From an uncultured Eubacteriales bacterium (GTDB lineage: Bacteria; Bacillota; Clostridia; Christensenellales; CAG-917): a stretch of 64,000 bases of DNA. A model generated the notes under the pieces. That model worked only from the letters and a program-made list of their open reading frames with translations, did no database searches and was not told the origin of the DNA. The stretch lies in assembly GCA_900322215.1 (NCBI GenBank), contig ONYW01000006.1, positions 8,304 through 72,303 of the forward strand, read 5' to 3'. Positions 44,596 through 52,272 of this stretch are shown here, in pieces. Position 1 is the stretch's first letter, and the number at the start of each line of letters is the position of its first letter. A program made the translations under genes and the position numbers.

Positions 44596-46088
44596 TCAGT
44601 TCCTCGTTTCAAGCAAAATAAATCGCCTGTCGACGCTCTTAGCAAAGAGCGCGACCGACAAGGCGAGCATAGCGGCGACGAGTACGAGCGGTATTGAAAA
44701 CGCTATATAAAAATTCAGCCCGGCATACGACAGCGCGCCGATTAGCGCGACGACGACAAGCGGAATCGCAACGGAGGCAAGTTCGAGCACCGCCGCAAGG
44801 CTCGAGCCTTCTTTCGCCTTGTTTCTCAGTTCTGCCGAGACGCAGGCGATTTCTATAAGCATTTCAAGCAACAGTGCAAGCACAAAGGCGAGCGCACCGT
44901 TTGCCGCGGTCATTTCTTTGAACGCCACAAGCACGACGACGCTCACGACAAGCGACAACGCTGACGCGCAAAACGGCACGAGCATCTTGACGAAAATTTG
45001 CTTTTTGAAAGGCACGGGAATGAGTTTGCAAATCTTTATTCCGCTATACCCTTCCTTGTGAAGCACAAGGCTTGCGGAAGTGTTTATGACGACGGAAAAC
45101 AGCGTGACGACGACCATTCCCGTTATCGGCGTGAGAAAGGTGAATATAAAATCGTATTCGTGGAAAAAATGAGTTTGAACTCCTTTTGAACGAGCGCAGC
45201 CGTCACGCCGCGCACGGGCTTGAACTTCGCACTCTTTCCGCCCTTTGACTCTCTCTCCGTTCTTATAAAGCGGAGATAGCACACGGCACCGACCGACGTT
45301 CCTGCGACAAGCACCGCGGCTGATATTGCGAACACCGTAAGAACGTGCAGCGGCTGACCTTGAAGCGTCGCGACGACAAATCTCGCAGGCACCAAAAACT
45401 TGCCTATCGTCCGCATTGTTTCAAGCGCTTCCGTCGTGAACATCGTGGAGACGTTTCCGTCCTTTACAAGCACGATGAAGACGTTGAGCACATAGGAATA
45501 GAGGTAGCAAAATCCCGCGATGATGGCAAGGGAGCCGACGATTTGCAGTATGCCGAATCTTTTTGCGAGTTCATACGCCTTTTGAAGCGGAAACGCGAGC
45601 AAACAGGCAAAGCCCGTCTCGAACATACTTGCCAAAAACGGGTACAAAAGCGCAAAGACGACGAGCCACGTCGGTCTCCCCGTCCGCACGATAAAACTGA
45701 TGAGTATAGGAAAAGCCACGCAAAAATTCAAAAGCACGTTCTTGGCGTAGACGAACACGACTTTAGATATTATGTTGAAAAGCGGTTTGATAGGCTTTGT
45801 GAGCATGATAAGGGCGTCCTCTTGCGAGAATACGCTCTTCCTCGCTTGCAGGGCGAACACGACGATGGCTATCGCCGTAATTATCGCCAAAAAGATGGTG
45901 AGGATCGCCTCGGACACCCCGTCGTAGGCGTCGAGTTTTGTGATGAGCATATTGAAAAGGAACACCTCGACCGCAATAAACCCCGCATAGAGCGCAAGCC
46001 CGAGCAAGGTGTTGACAAGGTTATCCTTTTTGAACTTCGAGCCTATTGAAGTTATATTTATCTCTTTGAGGATCAGGCTCTTTATCAT
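44596..46088 (-). pseudogene. ABC-exporter permease split by a frameshift at a T6 tract (or a sequencing indel)
   Basis: Frame 1 (46088-45123) ends ..KEFKLIFSTNTILYSPFSRR*. Frame 2 is open from 45282 and continues sensibly as ..HFFHEYDFIFTFLTPITGMVVV.. to 44596. One extra T at 45164-45169 would fuse them. Confidence 0.55.
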
Positions 46089-46089
46089 G

Positions 46090-46821
46090 TCAACCACCGT
46101 AAATCTCCGTGAGTACGTCGTCGAGTTTCGTGCGCATAGCCTCTTCCTCGTCGAGGTCGATACTCTTGAAGATGACACCGTCCTTGATTATGTCGACGCG
46201 GTTGCACACTTTGCCGATAAAGTCGAGGTTGTGCGAGGTGATGAGAATAGTCTTCCCCTCGCTCGCAAACTCTTGCATACGCTTAATAAGGTTGTGAAAG
46301 ACCATGACGTCAAGCCCTACCGTCGGCTCGTCGAGTATCCAAAGGCTCGGGCTATGCAAAAGCGAGGCAATGAGACTGAGTTTTTGCTTCATACCGTGCG
46401 AATAGCCCTTTATCTTGGCGGAAAGATCCCGCTCGGTCAAATCGAACGTCTTGCAAAGTTCGTCGACTTCACGGCGGAAAGCGGTCTTTTCCACCTTGTA
46501 GACGGAGCCGATAAAGGACAAATATTCAAAGCCCGTCATCGTCTCATAAAGGCACGGCTCGGAGGAGATATACCCAAAGGTCATCTTGGTTTCGATAGGG
46601 TTCTCCTCGATTCTCTTGCCGTTTATGAGGATTTCGCCCGAGTTGTAGTTTTTCGATCCCGTCACGCAGTCGATAGTCGTTGATTTGCCTATGCCGTTTT
46701 TGCCGATAAGCCCGACGATTTGCCCTTCGTACGCGACGAGATTTATGCCTTTAAGCACCTCTTTGTCGCCATACGATTTGACAAGGTTTTTGATTTCTAA
46801 AACGGCTCTTGACTCTCCCAT
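46090..46821 (-). CDS. ABC transporter ATP-binding protein
   Basis: Walker A GKNGIGKST, signature-like YSHGMKQKL, Walker B LWILDEP. RBS GGAGAGGAA. Confidence 0.88.
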   Translation of the reverse strand: MGESRAVLEIKNLVKSYGDKEVLKGINLVAYEGQIVGLIGKNGIGKSTTIDCVTGSKNYNSGEILINGKRIEENPIETKMTFGYISSEPCLYETMTGFEYLSFIGSVYKVEKTAFRREVDELCKTFDLTERDLSAKIKGYSHGMKQKLSLIASLLHSPSLWILDEPTVGLDVMVFHNLIKRMQEFASEGKTILITSHNLDFIGKVCNRVDIIKDGVIFKSIDLDEEEAMRTKLDDVLTEIYGG

Positions 46822-47003
46822 TTCCTCTCCACGCGCAGTCGAATAATCTGCCCCGAATTATTAGATGTCGAAAACAACGCGTTTATTCGCCGTTTCCGAA
46901 CGTTATGATTATCACTATATAATATATTTATTATACTATACCATATTTTGTGCGGCTTTTACAACCGAAAGCTTTGACTATCTCCAAATTAAGTTTTATT
47001 AAG

Positions 47004-47037
47004 CAAAAAAATACTCATCTTGCGATGAGTATTTTTT
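47004..47037. terminator. Bidirectional rho-independent terminator
   Basis: A7-ATACTCATC-ttgc-GATGAGTAT-T5. Confidence 0.8.
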
Positions 47038-47052
47038 GGTTTTGTTTTAAGA

Positions 47053-49866
47053 TCAGTTGTTCGTTTGTGGTTTGCCCGTGAGTTTGCGTTTGATGATCTT
47101 GCCCATACGCTTGAGAGCATACGGTCCGACAATCTTCATCATATCCTCCGCAAGGTGCATATCGCTTGCCGCAGGAATGTCGCGGGAGAGGTGGATCGCG
47201 TCAAATTCGCATCTCGTCGTGCAGAGACCGCAGCCGATGCACTTGTTGAGGTCGACCGTCGTTGCACCGCAGCCGAGGCATCTCTTTGCTTCCTTCTTCA
47301 CTTGCTCTTCCGTGAGCGGTTCGCGGAGGTCTTCAAACGTCTTGACAGGATCGCCCGCTCTCATGCCCGGAGCTTGACGGTCGGAGTTGTCATAGGACGG
47401 AAGAGTGATGTCTTCGCGGTCAAATTCGATGAACTGACGGAGATCTCTGCCGATCGTGAGGGATTGACCCGGATGCACGAAGCGGTTGATAGAGACCATA
47501 CCCTCTTTACCTTCCGCGATAGCGTCGATTGCAAAGCGTGCGCCGTGATAGATGTCACCGCCGACAAACACGTCAGGTTCGCCCGTTTGGAAGGTGACAG
47601 GATCCGCTTTTGCCGTGCCGTTTCTGTTGAGTTCGACCTTAGAGCCTTTGAGCAGGTCGCCCCACTCCGCACTTTGACCGATTGCCATAAGGATGTTTTT
47701 GCACTCGACCGTGAGCGTGTCGTTCTCGTCATAGACAGGTGCAAAACGGTGTTCCGCATTGAAGACGGAGAGGCACTTTTTGAAGACGATAGCCTTGACG
47801 TTGCCTTTTTCGTCCTTGAGGACTTCCTTTGGACCCCAGCCGTTTTCAAGTTTGATGCCCTCTTCTTCGCACTCGGCGATTTCGTCCTTTGCGGCAGGCA
47901 TTTCGTTTCTTTGCTCCAAGCAAAGCATCTTAACTTTGCCGTTCGTTGCACGGAGCGCCGTTCTTGCGACGTCGGCTGCGACGTTTCCGCCACCGACGAC
48001 AACGACGTCACCGTCGAGTTTGATAGAATGGTCTTGGTTGATACGGCGCAAGAAACTTACACCGCTCTCAACGCCCTTAGCGTCTTCGCCCGGAACGCCC
48101 GCGAGTCTACCGCCTTGGAGACCGATCGCGATATAGAACGCCTTGTAGCCTTGTTTTCTGAGTTCGTCAAGAGTGATGTCCTTGCCGACTTCGACTCCGC
48201 ACTTGATCTCCGCGCCCATCTTTCTTATGATGTCGATTTCTTTTTCTACGATGCGCTTGTCAAGTCTGAAACTCGGAATACCGATCGTGAGCATACCGCC
48301 CGGGACCTTTTCCTTTTCAAAGACCGTGACGGGATAGCCCTCGGTTCTAAGATAGTATGCGGCGGAAAGTCCTGCGGGGCCTGCGCCGATGACTGCGATC
48401 TTGAAGTCGTCCCATTGATCTCCGACGCCGTTGCAGCAAAGTTCGGGGATATATTCGTCACCGCATTCGAGTTCGCGATAGGCAAGGAATTTCTTGATTT
48501 CGTCGATAGCGACAGGCTTGTCTACGAGACCTCTCGTACATCTGTCTTCGCAACGACGGTTGCAAACCGCACCGCAAACTGCCGGGAACGGGTTGTCTTG
48601 ACGGATGAGTTTGAGTGCGTCTTTGTATCTACCCTCGGCAGCCATCTTGACGTAGCCTTGAACTGCAAGGTGAGCAGGACACGCGGTCTTGCAAGGAGAC
48701 GTACCTTCGTCATAGCAGTTGATCTTGTTGTGATCGCGGTAGTCCTTGTCCCATCTATCCTCGCCCCACGGGAGATCGTCAGGAAGATCGTGCATCGGGT
48801 ATACGACCTTTGAGCCGTCCTTCTTGCAAAGCTTTTGACCGAGTTTTGCCGCGCCTGCCGGGCAAACTTCTACGCACTTTCCGCAAGCGACGCACTTCTC
48901 GTGGTCGACGTGCGCTCTGTATGCGGAGCGAGACATATTCGGAGTGTTGAAAAGTTGCGACGTACGGAGACCGTAGCAGCTTCCTGCGGAGCAGTTGCAA
49001 ATGCCGACGATCTTGTCAGGTCCGTCAAGGTTTGTGATTTGATGCACGTAGCCTTTCTTTTCGGCACGGAGAATAATCTCGAGTGCTTGTTCTCTCGTGA
49101 TATATCTTGCGTCTTTGCCGGATTCTACAAGGAACTCAGCCATATCGCCGAGAGCAATACACATGTGTCCTTCGATATCGCCGACGCCCTCGCCACGGAT
49201 ACGTTGTGCCTTACGGCAAGCGCACACCATGGAGCAGAATTTGTCGTATTTGTTGAGCCAATGAGAAAGGTGCTCTACGCTTACGGACGTGCTTTCGTGC
49301 TCGATCGCCTTCTCTACCGGAATAACGTGCATACCGATGCCCGCGCCTCCCGGAGGAATAAGCTTTGACGCGAGTTCGAGCGGTTCTTGCGGAGCAAGGT
49401 TGAACATCGTCGCGACTTCCGGATGGTCGTCGGGAAGAGTCTTGTGCTCGACCATATATTCGCCTGAGCCGACAACCCACTTCGGAATGAGGAATTGTCT
49501 CTCTCTGTCTTCGTTCTCTCTGTTCTGCTCGAGAAGACCGATCCAAAGGATATGATCGACCATCTTTTGAGCCTCTTCAACGCTCATGTTGTTGCGCGCT
49601 GCGATCTCGCCTATGCGAAGCGGAACACGACGCTTTTTGAAACTGAGCATAAGTTTGACTTCTTCCTTTGTGAGCATGCGGTCAAGAATCCAGAAATCCA
49701 TGTGGTTTTCTTTCATACCGCCGGGAAGTTTACGCGGAATATTGTCCGTGATCATGAGAGCAAGTTTTTTGACTAACTTTCTTTTCTCAGGGTCTTCGCA
49801 ATGATAGTCTTCGTGCGGGAAGTCTCTTTCATTGACATGAATGTTAGGGTTAACATCTCTTGGCAT
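47053..49866 (-). CDS. Multidomain Fe-S flavoprotein oxidoreductase (GltD-like NAD(P)H/FAD module plus ferredoxin-type clusters)
   Basis: 937 aa. CVACGKCVEVCP and CIGCGLCTTRCE cluster motifs. IGAGPAGL and VVGGGNVA dinucleotide folds. Roughly 330-aa N-terminal domain that I cannot assign. Confidence 0.75.
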   Translation of the reverse strand: MPRDVNPNIHVNERDFPHEDYHCEDPEKRKLVKKLALMITDNIPRKLPGGMKENHMDFWILDRMLTKEEVKLMLSFKKRRVPLRIGEIAARNNMSVEEAQKMVDHILWIGLLEQNRENEDRERQFLIPKWVVGSGEYMVEHKTLPDDHPEVATMFNLAPQEPLELASKLIPPGGAGIGMHVIPVEKAIEHESTSVSVEHLSHWLNKYDKFCSMVCACRKAQRIRGEGVGDIEGHMCIALGDMAEFLVESGKDARYITREQALEIILRAEKKGYVHQITNLDGPDKIVGICNCSAGSCYGLRTSQLFNTPNMSRSAYRAHVDHEKCVACGKCVEVCPAGAAKLGQKLCKKDGSKVVYPMHDLPDDLPWGEDRWDKDYRDHNKINCYDEGTSPCKTACPAHLAVQGYVKMAAEGRYKDALKLIRQDNPFPAVCGAVCNRRCEDRCTRGLVDKPVAIDEIKKFLAYRELECGDEYIPELCCNGVGDQWDDFKIAVIGAGPAGLSAAYYLRTEGYPVTVFEKEKVPGGMLTIGIPSFRLDKRIVEKEIDIIRKMGAEIKCGVEVGKDITLDELRKQGYKAFYIAIGLQGGRLAGVPGEDAKGVESGVSFLRRINQDHSIKLDGDVVVVGGGNVAADVARTALRATNGKVKMLCLEQRNEMPAAKDEIAECEEEGIKLENGWGPKEVLKDEKGNVKAIVFKKCLSVFNAEHRFAPVYDENDTLTVECKNILMAIGQSAEWGDLLKGSKVELNRNGTAKADPVTFQTGEPDVFVGGDIYHGARFAIDAIAEGKEGMVSINRFVHPGQSLTIGRDLRQFIEFDREDITLPSYDNSDRQAPGMRAGDPVKTFEDLREPLTEEQVKKEAKRCLGCGATTVDLNKCIGCGLCTTRCEFDAIHLSRDIPAASDMHLAEDMMKIVGPYALKRMGKIIKRKLTGKPQTNN

Positions 49867-49941
49867 AATTTTCTCCTAATATTTGTTTTGTTTGTTTTCA
49901 GTAAAATAATATTATCTTATAGATAAAGATAACATCAATTC

Positions 49942-49970
49942 ATTATAAGACATAAAAAAATATATTTCAA
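49942..49970 (-). promoter_or_regulatory. Consensus promoter of the flavoprotein gene
   Basis: Minus strand: TTGAAA - 17 nt - TATAAT. The roughly 70-nt leader contains the palindrome TTATCTTATAGATAA. Confidence 0.6.
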
Positions 49971-50019
49971 GGCTTTTGCGAATTTTGTCGAACTAAATGT
50001 TCTGTTTTGATGAGACACT

Positions 50020-50180
50020 GTGTTTCTCTGCGAGTGATGAGTGAGGAAGAATAGAAGATGCACTCTGCGAGTGATGATATGCACAACTATGTTGTGATGA
50101 TATGCACGCCAAGGCGTGGTGATATGCAATGCTTTGCATTGATGATATACACGCATAAAGCGTGATAGAGGAAGAATGCA
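50020..50180. repeat. Array of short CAC..GTG hairpins joined by (G/A)TGATAT(G/A) linkers
   Basis: Hairpins CACAAC-tat-GTTGTG (50082), CACGCC-aa-GGCGTG (50105), CAATGC-tt-GCATTG (50127) and CACGC-ataa-GCGTG (50150), at 22-23 nt spacing. Bracketed by ctctgcgagtgatga (x2) and gaggaagaat (x2). Confidence 0.85.
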
Positions 50181-50194
50181 ATTTTTCACCATAC

Positions 50195-50321
50195 AAAAAG
50201 CCTTCCCCTTGAGGGGAAGGTGTCACTTGAGTGACGGATGAGGTGGAAACAAAAGAATACACTACACCTCATTCGTCTTGACTATCGTCAATCCACCTTT
50301 CCCTCAAGGGGAAGGCTTTTT
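50195..50321. terminator. Two facing terminator hairpins enclosing a 75-nt hairpin-rich segment
   Basis: A5-CCTTCCCC-ttga-GGGGAAGG (50195-50220, acts on the minus strand) and CCTTTCCC-tcaa-GGGGAAGG-cT5 (50296-50321, acts on the plus strand). Confidence 0.6.
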
Positions 50322-50322
50322 A

Positions 50323-50485
50323 TTGATGCCGACACAGTTGTTCGCCAAATAGCGCGGTCGAAAAACCGCGTGATTTAGATGAATAACGCGAAAACACCCC
50401 CTTGGGGCAATCCTAATGTACATGAAGTACATGAATTGAACCAAGGGGGTGTTGACAAAGTTAGTCGCTAAATCACGCGGTTTTT
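50323..50485. repeat. Juxtaposed flank motifs (no core between them) plus a 120-nt long hairpin abutting the hypA stop
   Basis: 50323-50351 ttGATGCcgACACAGttgtTCGCCAAATA carries both flank motifs of the 61373 element with no intervening hairpin. 50368-50485 is AAACCGCGTGATTTAG..ACACCCCCTTGG..ATGTAC-atgaa-GTACAT..CCAAGGGGGTGT..CTAAATCACGCGGTTT. Confidence 0.7.
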
Positions 50486-50828
50486 ACTCGGCTTCGATCT
50501 CTTTAATAATACATTCGTTCCCCTGAATCAGCCAGGTCTCGCCGCTATGGCAATATGGGCATTCTTTGCCGTATTTGACGGTCTCGTAGTTTTTGCCGCA
50601 ATGGTTGCAATAGGTCACAGCAGGGATCTCTTCAAGTATTAGTTCGCTGTCTTTGAGAACGGGATGTCTACCCTTAAAATAGTTCCAACAATCGACGAAC
50701 AAATCCGTGACGATGCCGGAGACTTCGCCAACTTGAAGAGTGACTTTTGAGATGTTTGTAAGACCTTGTTTTTCTGCTTCTTCATCGAGCGTGCGCGCTA
50801 CGTTGAAGATAATACCCATTTCGTGCAT
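50484..50828 (-). CDS. hypA: Hydrogenase/urease nickel metallochaperone HypA
   Basis: 114 aa. MHEMGI N-terminal Ni site. Zinc motifs CNHC..CPYC. Confidence 0.85.
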   Translation of the reverse strand: MHEMGIIFNVARTLDEEAEKQGLTNISKVTLQVGEVSGIVTDLFVDCWNYFKGRHPVLKDSELILEEIPAVTYCNHCGKNYETVKYGKECPYCHSGETWLIQGNECIIKEIEAE

Positions 50829-50849
50829 AACATTTCCCTTTTATCATTT

Positions 50850-50891
50850 ATGTTGCAAAAACAATACTTTAACATATCATTTTTGCAACAT
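50850..50891. promoter_or_regulatory. Perfect 12-bp inverted repeat (candidate operator) over the hypA promoter
   Basis: ATGTTGCAAAAA - 18 nt - TTTTTGCAACAT. On the minus strand, one arm supplies a TTGCAA -35-like hexamer and the other lies between the TATTGT -10-like box and the RBS. Confidence 0.55.
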
Positions 50892-50916
50892 AAACCAATG
50901 TTTATGATATTTACAT

Positions 50917-50942
50917 AAAAACTGCCGCCATCATAGCGGCAC
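50917..50942 (-). terminator. Rho-independent terminator upstream of the hypA promoter
   Basis: Minus strand: GTGCCGC-tatgatg-GCGGCAG followed by TTTTT. Confidence 0.65.
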
Positions 50943-51081
50943 CGAATCTCACGCGTTTGCAAGCGCAAATCAAATATGACCTTATTTGTCTTGTTCCCTC
51001 CATCCTATCAAAGACACGAAGTGTCCAAAGTGTCCGAAGTGCTTCCAACGACGCCCTTGCGAGCGTCGTTGGAACATAAGG

Positions 51082-52272
51082 TTACATGATAGGAACTTTG
51101 ACTTTGAGGTCGCTTGTCGGATAGGATGCGCAAGCGTGGAACCAACCGAACTCTTTGTCCATAAGTCTTCTTCCGTCTCCGTTCGGAGATACGAAGATAT
51201 TGCCTTCGAGGAGTTGTGTACGGCAGAAACCGCATTCACCGCAACGGCAGTGTGTATCGACAGGAATTGCCGCGCGCTCCAAAGCAACTGCGACAGGTTC
51301 GTTGCCGCTTGCCGAGATAACAGTCTCTTCAACGCCGCGGACAACTGTAATTTTGAAAGTCTTCTTTTCGTTGCCCTCAGGCCAGCCCGGGATCTTTGTG
51401 GAATCGACGGGGTTGTTCATGACGTCGTGACGGAAACGTTTTTCTCTCACACCCATCTCTTTGAGATTCTTTGCGATGAGGTTGTACATAGGAAGCGGAC
51501 CGCAGAACATATACGTCGGATCTTCACCGGAATATTTCGCGATGATTTCCTTTGTGACAAAGCCCTTTTCGCCCTTCCAATTTTCGTCGTCGGAGAGAAC
51601 GTGAACGACTTTTATGTCCTTGCACGCCTTTTCGCATGCGTCGAGTTCTTCTTTAAGGACGATATCCTTCGAGTTGACCGAACCGTAGATAATGGTGAGG
51701 TGTACGCCCTTCATCTTGCCGAAAGCGATTTCTCTTGCCATGGAGAGGAACGGTGTGATACCGCTGCCGCCCGCGATTGCAACGATGTTCTTGCTGTCTC
51801 TGAGCGGTTCCCAGTAGAAGAAACCGAACGGCATATTCGCCTCTAAGACGTCGCCCTCTTTGACGTGTTCAAAGAAGAAGTCGGGAACAAGGTAAGGTCT
51901 GTTGCGACGAATCGTAACTTCAACAAAGCCGTGTTCTCCGCGCGCTTCGTACGGCGCGGAACTTATCGTGTACGGACGCGTCAAAAGGCTGTCGCCGATT
52001 TTCAAGCGGAAGTTGATATATTGACCTGCTTGGAAGACGGGGATGTGTCCGCTCGTGGATTCCAAACGGAAGAGGCGTGACGTCGGAGACGTATCCTTGA
52101 TAAGGACTACCTTAAACTCCATCTTTGCCGGGTGAAGAGCGTCTGCGAGGTCGCGGATAAAGTCTTTCGGTTGCGGTTTGTCGGAAGCATTGTCAATAGC
52201 GGCGTGACGAGCAGCAGTAACTCTTGACGCACCACCGACGTCTTTCAAAAATCCTTTAACTTTTATACTCAT
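51082..52272 (-). CDS. FNR-type FAD/NAD(P)-binding reductase with C-terminal 2Fe-2S ferredoxin domain
   Basis: RPYTISS and GGSGITP motifs. C-terminal Cys cluster HCRCGECGFC. ATGA overlap with the upstream CrtI-like gene; RBS GGAGG. Confidence 0.8.
   Translation of the reverse strand: MSIKVKGFLKDVGGASRVTAARHAAIDNASDKPQPKDFIRDLADALHPAKMEFKVVLIKDTSPTSRLFRLESTSGHIPVFQAGQYINFRLKIGDSLLTRPYTISSAPYEARGEHGFVEVTIRRNRPYLVPDFFFEHVKEGDVLEANMPFGFFYWEPLRDSKNIVAIAGGSGITPFLSMAREIAFGKMKGVHLTIIYGSVNSKDIVLKEELDACEKACKDIKVVHVLSDDENWKGEKGFVTKEIIAKYSGEDPTYMFCGPLPMYNLIAKNLKEMGVREKRFRHDVMNNPVDSTKIPGWPEGNEKKTFKITVVRGVEETVISASGNEPVAVALERAAIPVDTHCRCGECGFCRTQLLEGNIFVSPNGDGRRLMDKEFGWFHACASYPTSDLKVKVPIM

Noticed and set aside
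47065-48813. 582-aa plus-strand ORF; similar long antisense ORFs at 52404-53852, 54015-55169, 33772-34920, 12138-12977, 7225-8343 and 4638-5612.
   Set aside because: Each lies exactly antisense to a gene with clear family motifs. Their products are Arg/Val/Asp/His-rich and low-complexity with no motifs or RBS. This is the typical stop-codon-poor shadow frame of a codon-biased gene.
50020-50180. Repeated TGATGA boxes considered as C/D-box (kink-turn) sRNA signatures; GGATGAGATGC at 61378 and 63682 considered as a hammerhead-like CUGAUGA core.
   Set aside because: No matching D boxes (CUGA) occur at appropriate spacing, and no GAAA or cleavage-site elements of a hammerhead are present. The resemblance is limited to 5-6 nt.
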